DNA of 64,000 bases from Actinomycetota bacterium (GCA_009886115.1 VFJJ01000043.1:1-64000); one strand, 5' to 3'. Counted from the first letter of the stretch, positions 20,557 through 30,634 are shown. Made by a program: numbers and translations. Notes: generated by a model from the sequence alone, not told the origin.

Positions 20557-21432
20557 TCAGTGGATGATCTTGGCGATGGGGAGCTCGATGATGTCGGTCG
20601 CGCCGTGGTCCTTCAGGGCCGGGATGAGCGTGTTGATCTCGGTCTTTGGCACGACCGTCTCGACGGCGTAGCCGCCGTTGCCGAACAACTTCGAGACCGT
20701 GGGGGCCTTCATGGCCGGGAGGAGCGCGATGACCCGGTTGAGGTTGGCCTCGTCGACGTTGAGCTTGACGAGCACCCGGCCCCGGGCCTCGAGGGTTCCG
20801 TTGAGGAGCGTGGTCAGCTGCTCCATGGCGTGGCGCTTGACCGGGTCGGCATAGCTGGCCGGATTGGCGATGAACTCGGTGTACGAGACGAGGATGGTGT
20901 CGATCACCTTGAGCCCCGCCGCGCGCAACGCCCGTCCGGTCTCGGTGATCTCGACGACCGCGTCGGCGATCTCGGGGATCTTGGCCTCGGTGGCGCCGTA
21001 GCTGAGGGAGATGCGGGCGTCGATGCCGTGGCGCTCGAAGAACCGGCGGGTCAGCTCGGGATACTCCGTGTGCACCCGCAGGCCGGGCCGGAGGTCGGCG
21101 ACGGTCATCGCCGGCGAGTCGCCGGCCACCGCGAGCACCATGCGGATGGGCCGGGCGGTGGCCTTCGAGTAGTGGAGCTGCGCCAGCGTGTGCACGTCGG
21201 CGCTGGTCTCCTCGATCCAGTCGCGCCCGGTGATGCCGATGTCGAAGAGCCCGTCGGTCACGTACCGCGGGATCTCCTGCGGGCGCAGGATCCGCACGTC
21301 GTCGATGCGGGGATCGGCGATCGTGGCCCGGTAGTCGACGTCGGAGGCCCGCGAAACGGTGAGGTCGGCGTCCTCGAACAGCCGCATCGTCGCCGCTTCG
21401 AGGGAACCCTTGGGCAGCACCAGACGCAACAC
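20557..21432 (-). CDS. hisG: ATP phosphoribosyltransferase (long form)
   Basis: LPKGSL, RPQEIP, DIGITGRDW, GATE, ETGRAL and a C-terminal regulatory domain. Confidence 0.96.
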   Translation of the reverse strand: MLRLVLPKGSLEAATMRLFEDADLTVSRASDVDYRATIADPRIDDVRILRPQEIPRYVTDGLFDIGITGRDWIEETSADVHTLAQLHYSKATARPIRMVLAVAGDSPAMTVADLRPGLRVHTEYPELTRRFFERHGIDARISLSYGATEAKIPEIADAVVEITETGRALRAAGLKVIDTILVSYTEFIANPASYADPVKRHAMEQLTTLLNGTLEARGRVLVKLNVDEANLNRVIALLPAMKAPTVSKLFGNGGYAVETVVPKTEINTLIPALKDHGATDIIELPIAKIIH

Positions 21433-21438
21433 GGGGGA

Positions 21439-22092
21439 TCAGGCCTCGTTCGGGAGCGCGTCGGGCAGGTCGAGGACATGACCGAACTTGTCGCGCTTGG
21501 TGCGGAGGTAGCGCAGGTTGTGAGCGTTGGGGCTGGTCGCGATGGGAACCCGCTCGATCACCGCGAACCCATGGGAGATCAGGGCTTCGGCCTTGGCCGG
21601 GTTGTTCGTGAGCAGGCGCAGGCTCCGGATGCCGAGATCGGCCAGGACGGCCGCCGCAACGCTGTACTCGCGGGCATCGGCGGGGAAGCCAAGGTCGAGG
21701 TTGGCCTCGACCGTGTCGCGGCCGCGGTCTTGGAGCTCGTAGGCCTGGAACTTGTGGGCGATACCGATGCCGCGGCCTTCGTGGCCGCGCAGGTAGACGA
21801 CCACCCCGCACCCGAGCTCGCCGATGGTCTCGAGGGCCCGGTGGAGCTGGGAGCCGCAATCGCAGCGGAGCGATCCGAAGAGGTCGCCGGTGAGGCATTC
21901 GGAGTGCAGGCGCACGAGCACGTCGGCCCGCCCGACCACGTCGCCCATCACGAAGGCCACGTGCTCCTCCCCGCCGACCGTCCGGTAGGCGAGCGCCGTG
22001 AAATCGCCGTAGATCGTGGGGATTGTTGTGCCCGCGGCGCGCGTCACGATGGGGATGGCAGCGAAGCGGGGATGGCGGATGGGTTCGGTCAC
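21439..22092 (-). CDS. ribA: GTP cyclohydrolase II (monofunctional)
   Basis: VRLHSECLTGD.FGS.RCDC, EGRGIG, LLTNNP.K. Confidence 0.95.
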   Translation of the reverse strand: MTEPIRHPRFAAIPIVTRAAGTTIPTIYGDFTALAYRTVGGEEHVAFVMGDVVGRADVLVRLHSECLTGDLFGSLRCDCGSQLHRALETIGELGCGVVVYLRGHEGRGIGIAHKFQAYELQDRGRDTVEANLDLGFPADAREYSVAAAVLADLGIRSLRLLTNNPAKAEALISHGFAVIERVPIATSPNAHNLRYLRTKRDKFGHVLDLPDALPNEA

Positions 22093-23267
22093 GGGCGTGG
22101 GTCGCACTCGATCCGGAGGTCGTCGACCAACTGGGAGGCGGTGAGCGTACGCCACCGCTGCGCCGCCGCCATGGTTGCGGGCCCGGGATCGTCGAAGAGG
22201 GGCCGTCCACCGGTTCCGAGCACCACCGGAGCGACGTAGAGCACGAAGCGGTCGACGAGGCCGGCGGCGAGGAACGCCGCGTGCAGCCGGGCGCCGCCCT
22301 CGACGAGCACCTGGAGGATGCCGCGGTCGCCGAGCAGGTCGAGCGTGGCCGCCAGGTCGACACCGTGGCCGTCGGGACCGGGGGGAACGAGGGGTGGCGC
22401 GACCACGAGCGTGGGGGCCGAGCCGTCGAACATCGGGCCGGCCGTCGGGCCCGACGTCGGCACTCGCCGGCGGGCGTCGAGCACGACCCGCAGCGGCGGA
22501 TCCGACGCGACCGAACCGTGACGAACCGTGAGCGACGGGCGGTCGGCCAGGGCGGTCCCCGCTCCCACCACGATCGCCTGCGACTGCGCCCGCAGGCGAT
22601 GGGCGTCGGCCCGGGCGGCCTCCCCGGTGATCCAGCGCGAGGTGCCGTCGGCCGCGGCCGTACGTCCGTCGAGGCTCATGGCCGCCTTGGCCACCACGTA
22701 GGGCCGGCCCGTCCGCCGGTGATGCAGGTAGGGTGCCAGTGCCGCCTCGGCCAGGGCCTCGCCGACGCCCACGTCGACGGTGACACCCGCCTCGCGCAGC
22801 GCCGCCACTCCCCTGCCCGACACGCGCGGGTCGGGGTCGAGGACCGCGACGACGACTCGGCCGATCCCGGCGGCCACGAGCGCGTCGACGCAGGGTGGCG
22901 TGCGGCCGTGGTGCGAGCACGGCTCGAGGCTCACGTACAGCGTGGCGCCGCGTGCTTCGGCAGGACCGACGGACGCGAGGGCGTTGACCTCGGCGTGCGG
23001 CTCACCGGCCCGGCGGTGGTGACCGGCGCCGACGACCACACCGTCACGCACGACGACGCACCCCACCCACGGGTTGGGTGCGGCGCCGATCCGGCCCCGA
23101 TCGCCCTCCGCGAGCGCGAGGCGCATCAGCGCCAGGTCACGGTCGGGACCTTCAGGGGCGTCGGGGGCGTCGGCGGGCTCGGCGCGGGCGGGCTCGGCGT
23201 CGTCGGCGTTGCCGGCGTTGCCGTGGCCGGCGTGGTCGTTCGCGCTGTGGCCGTCGGCGGTGCTCAA
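22089..23267 (-). CDS. ribD: Bifunctional riboflavin deaminase/reductase
   Basis: PNP.VG, HAE, LEPCSHHGRTPPC, SLDG, VEGG. Start uncertain (TTGA overlap gives a low-complexity N-terminus). Confidence 0.93.
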   Translation of the reverse strand: MSTADGHSANDHAGHGNAGNADDAEPARAEPADAPDAPEGPDRDLALMRLALAEGDRGRIGAAPNPWVGCVVVRDGVVVGAGHHRRAGEPHAEVNALASVGPAEARGATLYVSLEPCSHHGRTPPCVDALVAAGIGRVVVAVLDPDPRVSGRGVAALREAGVTVDVGVGEALAEAALAPYLHHRRTGRPYVVAKAAMSLDGRTAAADGTSRWITGEAARADAHRLRAQSQAIVVGAGTALADRPSLTVRHGSVASDPPLRVVLDARRRVPTSGPTAGPMFDGSAPTLVVAPPLVPPGPDGHGVDLAATLDLLGDRGILQVLVEGGARLHAAFLAAGLVDRFVLYVAPVVLGTGGRPLFDDPGPATMAAAQRWRTLTASQLVDDLRIECDPRP

Positions 23268-23788
23268 TGTGGACGGCCGCCACCGAGCAGGTCGAGCGCG
23301 TGCGGCACGGCGTCGAGGACGGCCTCCAGGCACTCGACGGCCCCACCGGGCGATCCCGGCACATTGCAGATGAGGGCCTGGCCCCGGGTCCCGGCCACGG
23401 CACGGGAGAGGAGCCCGAACACGTTGCGGCCGTGGGTGGCCATCCGCATGGCCTCGGCGAAGCCGGGAGCCTCACGTTCGAGCACGACCCGGGTGCCCTC
23501 GGGTGTGAGGTCGCGCGGCCCGAAGCCCGTCCCGCCGGTGGTGACGACGAGCCCGTGGAACCCGTCGGTCAGGCCGCGCAAGGCCTCGGCGACGTTGTCG
23601 ACGCCGTCGGCACTGACCCGGTGCTCGACGACCTCGTACCCGGCCTCGCCGAGACGGGCGACCAGGCCCCTGCCCGAACGGTCGTCGCGCACGCCTTCGG
23701 CCACGCCGTCGGAGACCGTGAGCACCTTGGCCCGCCAGGGCGCCGGCGATTCGCCGGCCGCGGAACCCGCCTGCGCCGACGTGTTCAT
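23264..23788 (-). CDS. MogA/MoaB-family molybdenum cofactor biosynthesis protein
   Basis: LTVSD, D.SG, TTGGTGFGPRDLTPE, SRA.AG, NVPGSP. Confidence 0.92.
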   Translation of the reverse strand: MNTSAQAGSAAGESPAPWRAKVLTVSDGVAEGVRDDRSGRGLVARLGEAGYEVVEHRVSADGVDNVAEALRGLTDGFHGLVVTTGGTGFGPRDLTPEGTRVVLEREAPGFAEAMRMATHGRNVFGLLSRAVAGTRGQALICNVPGSPGGAVECLEAVLDAVPHALDLLGGGRPH

Positions 23789-24471
23789 CGCGCCTCGACC
23801 GCCACGGCCGCGGCCAGCTGCTGGAGTCGCCTCACCGCCGCCAACGGATCGGGGGCGCCGAACACGGCGCTGCCGGCGACGAAGATGTCGACCCCCGCAG
23901 CAGCCGCCTGCTCGATCGTGGCGTCGTTGATGCCACCGTCGATCTCGATCTCGACGTCGAGACCTCGAGCGTCGATGTACCGGCGGGCCGCTCGCACCTT
24001 GTCGAGCACCTCGGGGATGAACGGCTGGCCACCCCAGCCCGGGTTCACGCTCATCACGAGGAAGATGTCGGCCAGTGCGAGGTACGGCTCGGCGGCTTCG
24101 AAGGGGGTCTCAGGGTTGACGACGATCCCGACGCCGAGGCCGAGCTGGCGCATCTCGGCGATGAGCGCGTCGGTGTCGCCGAGCTCGACGTGCACGGTGC
24201 AGGAGTCGGCCCCGGCCTTGGCGAACGCCTCGAGGAGGTCGCCCGGATTGTCGATCATCAGGTGGCAGTCGAGGAACAGGTCGGTGTGGGGGCGCAGGCT
24301 CGCCACCACGGGCGGGCCGATGGTGAGGTTGGGCACGAAGTGGCCGTCCATCACGTCGACGTGGAGCACGTCGGCCCCGGGGGCGATCGTGGCCACGGCG
24401 GCTGCGAGGGCCGCGAAATCAGCCGACAGGATGGACGGGGCGATCTTCGGAGCGGTACCGGGTAAGGCCAT
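23785..24471 (-). CDS. rpe: Ribulose-phosphate 3-epimerase
   Basis: IAPSILSADF, HVDVMDGHFVPN, MSVNPG, DGGI; ATG 7 nt after TACGAT. Confidence 0.97.
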   Translation of the reverse strand: MALPGTAPKIAPSILSADFAALAAAVATIAPGADVLHVDVMDGHFVPNLTIGPPVVASLRPHTDLFLDCHLMIDNPGDLLEAFAKAGADSCTVHVELGDTDALIAEMRQLGLGVGIVVNPETPFEAAEPYLALADIFLVMSVNPGWGGQPFIPEVLDKVRAARRYIDARGLDVEIEIDGGINDATIEQAAAAGVDIFVAGSAVFGAPDPLAAVRRLQQLAAAVAVEAR

Positions 24472-24505
24472 TCCGGGGATCGTACCCAGCCCACCCCTCC
24501 CCCCG

Positions 24506-24552
24506 AAATTTGTGCGGAAACAGTCGCCACGCGACTGTTTTTGCACAAATTT
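24506..24552. repeat. AT-rich 47-nt inverted repeat (22-bp arms, 3-nt loop), REP-like
   Basis: AAATTTGTGCGGAAACAGTCGC-CAC-GCGACTGTTTTTGCACAAATTT; two G:T mismatches. Confidence 0.85.
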
Positions 24553-24565
24553 GGGACGGTGGTGG

Positions 24566-24597
24566 CCGTCAGCCCGTCAGCCCGTCAGCCCGTCAGC
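24566..24597. repeat. 8-bp tandem repeat (CCGTCAGC)x4 spanning the rsmB stop codon
   Basis: Four perfect copies read directly. Confidence 0.9.
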
Positions 24598-25930
24598 CGG
24601 TCGGCATGGCACGGCGATAGCGGACGACGAACATGCCGTCGGTGTCGGCGTCGTGGGGCAGGAGCAGGGACCCCCGTCCGTGAGCTCGCCATGGAGCGGG
24701 CAGGGGCTCCAGCGGCTCGAGCTCGGGGAGGTGCTCGGCGACGAACGCGTCGACATCGACGGTCTCCTCGCGGGCGAAGGTGCACACGGAATAGACCAGC
24801 GTGCCGCCAGGGCGCACCGCAACTGCCGCGCCGACGATCAGGCGGCGTTGGAGCGCACCGAGGGTCGCCACGGCGGTCTCCTCCAGGCGCCAGCGGGCCT
24901 CGGGACGTCTCCTGAGGGCGCCCAGGCCGCTGCAGGGCGCGTCGACCAGCACCCGGTCGAACGTGGCTGGAGGCACCGGGAGGTGATCGCCACTGGCGAC
25001 CACGGCCTCGATGCTCGTGAGGCGGAGGCGGCGCACCGCTCGCGCAAGCTGCTGCAAGCGCGCCTCACGCACGTCGAGCGCCACCACCAGCCCCCGGTCG
25101 CCCATCTGCTCGGCCAGGGCCGTGGTCTTGCCCCCGGGCGCGGCAGCCACGTCGGCGATGCGCTCCCCCGCCCGGGCGCCCACGGCGATGACGACGGCCT
25201 GGCTGGCCTGATCCTGCGGTGTCGCCCGTCCGTCCCGAACCGCTGGGAGCGCGGCAGGATCGCCGGTGCGGCGCACCACCATCGAGCCCGGCACGAGCAC
25301 GCCGGGCTCGGCCTCGACGCCCGCGGCGCGCAGCTCCATGAGCAGCGCATCGGCGGTGCCCCGCAGGGGGTTGACCCGCAGCGTCACGGGTGCAGGACGA
25401 TTGGCGATGCTGAGCGCGGCCAGGGCGTCGGTCGGGCCGAGGTCGTCGATGAAGCGGCGCACGAGCCAGTCGGGCATCGACTCGCGGACGCCGATGGCCT
25501 CGATGCTGTCGCCGTCGGGGAGCGCCCAGGATGGCCCGCCGGTCGCCAGCTTCCTGAGCACCGCGTTCACGAAACCCTTGGCACTCGTGCATCTCATGCC
25601 CACTGCACCCACCGTGGCACTGACCGCCGCGTGGGGGGCGGTGCCGGCCTTGGTGATCTGGTAGGCCCCGAGGCGGAGTGCCGCCCGCACCGGAGCGTCG
25701 AGCAGCTCGATGGGGCGGTGACTCAAGGGAGCGAGGAGATGATCGAGGGTTCGCCTCCAGCGCACCGTGCCGTACACGAGGTCTGTGACCATCGACCGAT
25801 CACGTGCGTCGAGGGCGCCAGCGCGCAGCATCGAGGGGAGAACGAGGTTGGCGAAGGCGCCGTCTTCGACCCGGACGAGCGCGTCGAGGGCGACGAGGCG
25901 GACGGGATCGACCCTGGCCTTGGCGCTCAC
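24593..25930 (-). CDS. rsmB: 16S rRNA m5C967 methyltransferase (Sun/RsmB)
   Basis: NusB-like N-terminus, QD.ASQ, AAAPGGKT, DAPCSGLG, YSVCT. Confidence 0.93.
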   Translation of the reverse strand: MSAKARVDPVRLVALDALVRVEDGAFANLVLPSMLRAGALDARDRSMVTDLVYGTVRWRRTLDHLLAPLSHRPIELLDAPVRAALRLGAYQITKAGTAPHAAVSATVGAVGMRCTSAKGFVNAVLRKLATGGPSWALPDGDSIEAIGVRESMPDWLVRRFIDDLGPTDALAALSIANRPAPVTLRVNPLRGTADALLMELRAAGVEAEPGVLVPGSMVVRRTGDPAALPAVRDGRATPQDQASQAVVIAVGARAGERIADVAAAPGGKTTALAEQMGDRGLVVALDVREARLQQLARAVRRLRLTSIEAVVASGDHLPVPPATFDRVLVDAPCSGLGALRRRPEARWRLEETAVATLGALQRRLIVGAAVAVRPGGTLVYSVCTFAREETVDVDAFVAEHLPELEPLEPLPAPWRAHGRGSLLLPHDADTDGMFVVRYRRAMPTG

Positions 25931-26904
25931 CGGGGCTCGAACACGACGGGTGCGCCCCGCCGACCAGCCAGCCACGCGGCGGCGGTCATGGCCGTACGCC
26001 CCTCGGGCTGCACCTCGATCAGCTCGAGCATCCCGGCACCGGTGGCAACCGCCACCACCGGGCCGGACCCGACACCGGACCCGACGTCGAGCCCGTCGAG
26101 CACGGTGCCCGGGGCCGGACGTGCGACCTGCGCCGGACGGTCGTCGCCAGGCGCCGGCTGAGCGTCGTCGAGGGGACGGGCCCGCAGCACCTTGAGCCGC
26201 TTGCCGTCGACGATCGCGAACGCCCCCGGGCGAGGGTTCCCGGCCCGGACCACGCGGGCGAGCTGCCCGGCCGGTTCCGCGAAGTCGAGCCGGAACTCGC
26301 CGGGATCGAGCTTCTTGGCGTAGGTGGCCTCGCCCTCCTGGGGTCGCGGCCGGCGGGTCGGAACGGCGTCGAGATGCTCAACCAGCAACTGCACGCCGAG
26401 AGCGCCGAGGCGGGTGCGCAACTCGCCAGCGGTCTCGTCGGCGCCGATCAGGGTTCGAGCTTCGGCGAAGCACCCGCCGGTGTCGAGACCCTCCTCCATG
26501 GCCATCAGCCACACCCCGGTCTCGGCGTCGCCAGCCAGCACGGCGCGCTCGACGGGAGCCGCTCCCCGCCAGCGAGGCAGCAGCGAGAAGTGCACGTTGA
26601 CGAATCCGTGGCGGGTGGCAGCGAGCAGCGGTGGCGGGAGCAGCTGACCGAACGCCACGACCACACCGAGATCGAGGTCGAGGGCCCGCACCTCGTCGAC
26701 GATCTCGCCCGATTTCACCGGCGTGCGGACCACGAGCCCCCGTGCTTGGGCCGCCAACTTCACGGGTGACGGCTCGAGCGCGCCCCCGCGACCGCGACGG
26801 CGATCGGGCTGGGTGACCACGAGCACCACCTCGTGGCCGGCCTCGACGAGCACCTCGAGGGGCGCCACGGCGTCGATGGGTGTGCCGAGATAGACGATGC
26901 GCAC
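25927..26904 (-). CDS. fmt: Methionyl-tRNA formyltransferase
   Basis: YLGTP, VTQPDR, NVHFSLLPRWRGAAP, GLDTG. Confidence 0.96.
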   Translation of the reverse strand: MRIVYLGTPIDAVAPLEVLVEAGHEVVLVVTQPDRRRGRGGALEPSPVKLAAQARGLVVRTPVKSGEIVDEVRALDLDLGVVVAFGQLLPPPLLAATRHGFVNVHFSLLPRWRGAAPVERAVLAGDAETGVWLMAMEEGLDTGGCFAEARTLIGADETAGELRTRLGALGVQLLVEHLDAVPTRRPRPQEGEATYAKKLDPGEFRLDFAEPAGQLARVVRAGNPRPGAFAIVDGKRLKVLRARPLDDAQPAPGDDRPAQVARPAPGTVLDGLDVGSGVGSGPVVAVATGAGMLELIEVQPEGRTAMTAAAWLAGRRGAPVVFEPR

Positions 26905-26931
26905 GCGTTCGGGCCGACCGGGCCGGAGCTC

Positions 26932-27504
26932 TCAGCCCAGCCCGAAAGCGGGCTTGGATGCAGCCTGAGTGACCGGCGCGCCCGGCGTGACGGGCGTGAC
27001 GGGCTCGATCTCAGCGGCGAGATCGGCCATGCGCCGCAGCTCCCGCATCACCTGCTTGCGCGTGTCGGGATCGAGGCGATCGAGCATCAGCACGCCGTCG
27101 AGGTGGTCGAGCTCGTGGAGCACCACCCGTCCGAAGAGGTCGTCGGCCTCGAAGTCGACGTCGTTGCCATCGAGGTTGCGGCCGGTCACATGCACCCGCT
27201 CGGCCCGCACGATCGGGATGTGCATCCCGGGGATCGACAGGCAGCCTTCTTCGAACTCGAGCTCGCCGTCGGTCTCGGCGATCACGGGGTTGACCATCAC
27301 CTCGGGACCGTCGCCGATGTCGTACACGAACAGCCGTTTCAAGATGCCGACCTGGGGCGCCGCCAAGCCCACGCCAGGGGCGTCGTACATGGTGACGAAC
27401 ATGTCGTCGCAGAGCCTGGCGATCTTGCCGTCGATCTCGGTGACCTCGGCCGCTCGTTGGCGCAGAACCGGATCGCCGAACGTCCGGATGGGGAGGAGGG
27501 CCAT
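26932..27504 (-). CDS. def: Peptide deformylase
   Basis: GVGLAAPQ, EGCLS, HELDHLDG; ATG 6 nt after TATCCT. Confidence 0.97.
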   Translation of the reverse strand: MALLPIRTFGDPVLRQRAAEVTEIDGKIARLCDDMFVTMYDAPGVGLAAPQVGILKRLFVYDIGDGPEVMVNPVIAETDGELEFEEGCLSIPGMHIPIVRAERVHVTGRNLDGNDVDFEADDLFGRVVLHELDHLDGVLMLDRLDPDTRKQVMRELRRMADLAAEIEPVTPVTPGAPVTQAASKPAFGLG

Positions 27505-27572
27505 CATCCGAGGATACCTGACGCGCCCGACATCTCGGGAAGCCCCGGGCCCGCGACCGAGCCCCCCGCCTC

Positions 27573-29390
27573 TCACACGCGACGAGGGTCGACCTCGATG
27601 CGCACGGGGCTCGGAGCATGGGCCGTTCCGGCGATCTGCGCCAAGGCGTCGCAGAGCATCACAACCGTCGACGCCTTGACGAGGGCCCGGTGGCTGAGGC
27701 CCCGAGCCGCGGCCAGGGGCCCGAGCACCACGATCCCGGTGATGGCTTCGAGCACCGCCGCGCTCTGGGCGACCTCGGACGGTGATCCCCTGATCTCGGC
27801 CAGCGCCGAGAACGGCGGCACGTTGCTGATGAGACGCCGCTCACGTTCGGCCTCGACGGCCAGCGACGGGTTGGCGTGCACCACGGCACGCACCACGGGA
27901 TGATCAGGCATCCGGGTCTGGAGCAGGAGCCGACCTGGGCCGGGGCGCCCCCCGACGAGGCGGGCGGCTCGGGCCATCATCCACAGCGTCTGCTCAGCGG
28001 CCCGGAACCGGGGTGCCGCGAGCTCCTCGTCGAGATCGAGGAACGCCACCAGACCCACACCCCGACCGGCCCGATGGAGGGCCGCCTCGGTGCCGACGAT
28101 CACCGCGGCGTGCGCGATCGCGCTCGGGTCGACGGGTGCGTCGCCGGTGAGCTCGATCGTGGTGCTGCGAGGAACCAGCGCCGACAGTTCCTCGACGAGC
28201 CGCTTCACTCCCGGGCGCAGCAGGGCCATTCGGATGGAGCCGCACGCGCCGCAGACCCGGGGTCGACGGGTGCCGCACAGGGGGCACACGAGTTGCTCAC
28301 CGTCGTCGCGCAGCGCGCTCGCGCAGTGCTCGCACGTGACCAGCGCTCGGCACTGACCGCAGGCCAGCAGCCGCGCCCGACCCTTGCGGTTCAGGACGCA
28401 CACGACCCGACGACCGGCCTCGACGTGGGCCCGGAGCCCGTCGACCAGCGCCGGCGAGATCAGGCCCAGTCCCGGCGGCTCTTCGCGGCGGTCGGCCACC
28501 TCGACCACGGGCCATCCGGCGCGCTCGGCGTCGCGACCGGGCACCTCCAGCGTTCCGGCCGCCAAGGCCTCAAGCGTGAAGAGGGGCCCCATCGACACCA
28601 TCGGTACCCCGAGGCGACGGGCCCGTTCCCGAACCACGTCCCGGGCGTCCCAGCTGGGGGCGCGCTCCTCTTTGTGCGACTCGTCGGGATCGTCGAAGAG
28701 AACGACCAGCGCCAGGTCGGGGACGGGCGCCCACGCGGCGATCCGGCCGCCGACCACCACCACCCCACCTCGGCGTGCCGCCGTCCACGATGCTCGGCGC
28801 TCGGCGTCGCTCTGGTCGCTGCTCCAGAGCACGGCCCGGCGGCCCTGCCGGCTCAGCATCTCGACCAACCGTGCGGCCCTGCGGCTGTCGGGGTCGATGA
28901 CGATGGCCGAACCCTCGGTGCCGGCCCCCGACCCGTCGATCAGGTGCTCGTCGAGCAGCGCCGACAGGCGGGGCAGCCGATCGACGTTCGGCGCCGTACG
29001 GATCAGCCGCGGCCCCTCCCCCGTTCTTTGCGTCCAGGACCGTGCCTGGCGCAGTTCTGGACGCAAAGAAGGCTGGGGGACGAGCCCCGGAGGCGCAGCG
29101 GCACGGAAGAACGCGACCCGGGGGCCAGCCCAGCGCCAGGCGGCCCACGCCGTGAGATCGACGATCTCGGGCGGCGGCCCGTCGCCGAGCATCGCGACGA
29201 TCGGCCGCAGTCGAGCGGGCTCGACCCCGGGCTCCACGTCGACCTCGACGACCCACCCCCGAAGGCGCCGACCGTGCAGCGCGATCCTCACGAGAGCGCC
29301 GACGCGGACCTGCTCGACGAGCGAGGCCGGCACCAGGTAGTCGAAGACGCGATCGAGCGCCGGCACGTCGGGCAGAACCCGACAGACCAA
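27573..29390 (-). CDS. priA: Primosomal protein N' (actinobacterial type, helicase motifs degenerate)
   Basis: FDYLVP 3'-DNA-binding domain, four CxxC (CRR), LLQT, PPF, IEVDP; no Walker A GSGKT. Start uncertain. Confidence 0.88.
   Translation of the reverse strand: MVCRVLPDVPALDRVFDYLVPASLVEQVRVGALVRIALHGRRLRGWVVEVDVEPGVEPARLRPIVAMLGDGPPPEIVDLTAWAAWRWAGPRVAFFRAAAPPGLVPQPSLRPELRQARSWTQRTGEGPRLIRTAPNVDRLPRLSALLDEHLIDGSGAGTEGSAIVIDPDSRRAARLVEMLSRQGRRAVLWSSDQSDAERRASWTAARRGGVVVVGGRIAAWAPVPDLALVVLFDDPDESHKEERAPSWDARDVVRERARRLGVPMVSMGPLFTLEALAAGTLEVPGRDAERAGWPVVEVADRREEPPGLGLISPALVDGLRAHVEAGRRVVCVLNRKGRARLLACGQCRALVTCEHCASALRDDGEQLVCPLCGTRRPRVCGACGSIRMALLRPGVKRLVEELSALVPRSTTIELTGDAPVDPSAIAHAAVIVGTEAALHRAGRGVGLVAFLDLDEELAAPRFRAAEQTLWMMARAARLVGGRPGPGRLLLQTRMPDHPVVRAVVHANPSLAVEAERERRLISNVPPFSALAEIRGSPSEVAQSAAVLEAITGIVVLGPLAAARGLSHRALVKASTVVMLCDALAQIAGTAHAPSPVRIEVDPRRV
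29024..29070. repeat. 47-nt inverted repeat (22-bp arms, 3-nt loop) inside the priA coding sequence
   Basis: TTCTTTGCGTCCAGGACCGTGC-CTG-GCGCAGTTCTGGACGCAAAGAA; outer 14 bp perfect. Confidence 0.8.
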
Positions 29391-29434
29391 CGCTCGATCC
29401 TGAACGGCAGACCCGTCGCCCGTGGGGACCTCGA

Positions 29435-30634
29435 TCAGGCCAAGGCTGCGGCAGCGTTTTGGAGGTCGGCTGCCTCGGCGTCGACCTGCTCCCACGTGAA
29501 CTCGGGTTCGGAGCGACCGAAATGACCGTAGGCCGCGGTCTTCTGGAAGATCGGTCGGCGCAGGTCAAGCCGCTTGATGAGCGCGGCGGGACGCAGGTCG
29601 AAGCGTTCCTGGATGAGCCCTTCGAGCTTGGCCGGATCGATCTGCGACGTTCCGAACGTCTCGACGAGGATAGAGACCGGCCGGGCCGTGCCGATCGCGT
29701 AGGCCACCTGCACCTCGCAGCGGCTGGCGATGCCGGCCGCGACCACGGCCTTGGCCACGTGCCGGGCCGCGTAGGCCGCGGAACGGTCGACCTTGGTGGG
29801 GTCTTTGCCCGAGAACGCGCCGCCGCCGTGGCGGGCGAAGCCGCCGTAGGTGTCGACGATGATCTTGCGCCCGGTGAGCCCGCAGTCGGCGTGCGGGCCG
29901 CCCTTCTCGAAGATGCCCGTCGGGTTGGCGAGCACACGGAAGTCGTCGTCGCGGAACCGCTCGGGGAGCACGGGACGGATCACGTGCTCGACGAGGTCGG
30001 GCTTGAGGACCTGGTCGACGTCGATGCCGGGACCGGTCTGGGTGGAGATCAGCACGGTGTCGAGCCGGACCGGGATGCCGTTCTCGTACACGACCGACAC
30101 CTGGGTCTTGCCGTCGGGACGCAGGTACGGAAGCACCTTCTGCTTACGTACCTCGGCGAGCCGCTCGGCCAGCCGGTGCGCGAGCCAGATCGGCATGGGC
30201 ATCAGGTCGGGCGTGTCGTCGGAGGCGTAGCCGAACATCATCCCCTGGTCGCCTGCGCCGGTGAGGTCGAAGTCGTCGCCACCACCCTCACGCAGCTCGA
30301 GGGCCCTGTTGACGCCCGCCGCGATGTCGGCCGACTGCGCGTCGATCGAGGTGAGCACGCCGCACGAATGCCCGTCGATCCCGTAGGCCGGGTCGTCGTA
30401 GCCGATCTTCAGCAGCGTGTCGCGGACGATCCGCGGGATGTCGACGTAGGCGTTGGTCGTGATCTCGCCCGCGACGACCACGAGACCCGTGGTGCACATC
30501 GTTTCGCACGCCACGCGGCCGTGGGGGTCGGCGCCGAGGATGGCGTCGAGCACACCGTCGCTGATCTGGTCGGCGACCTTGTCGGGATGGCCTTCGGTGA
30601 CCGACTCCGAGGTGAAGGTGAAACGCTGGCTCAC
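29435..30634 (-). CDS. metK: S-adenosylmethionine synthetase
   Basis: [35 protein letters not shown]. Confidence 0.98.
   Translation of the reverse strand: MSQRFTFTSESVTEGHPDKVADQISDGVLDAILGADPHGRVACETMCTTGLVVVAGEITTNAYVDIPRIVRDTLLKIGYDDPAYGIDGHSCGVLTSIDAQSADIAAGVNRALELREGGGDDFDLTGAGDQGMMFGYASDDTPDLMPMPIWLAHRLAERLAEVRKQKVLPYLRPDGKTQVSVVYENGIPVRLDTVLISTQTGPGIDVDQVLKPDLVEHVIRPVLPERFRDDDFRVLANPTGIFEKGGPHADCGLTGRKIIVDTYGGFARHGGGAFSGKDPTKVDRSAAYAARHVAKAVVAAGIASRCEVQVAYAIGTARPVSILVETFGTSQIDPAKLEGLIQERFDLRPAALIKRLDLRRPIFQKTAAYGHFGRSEPEFTWEQVDAEAADLQNAAAALA

Noticed and set aside
27573..29390. priA as a pseudogene because Walker A is missing
   Set aside because: The ORF is intact with Zn fingers, and loss of helicase motifs is known for actinobacterial PriA.
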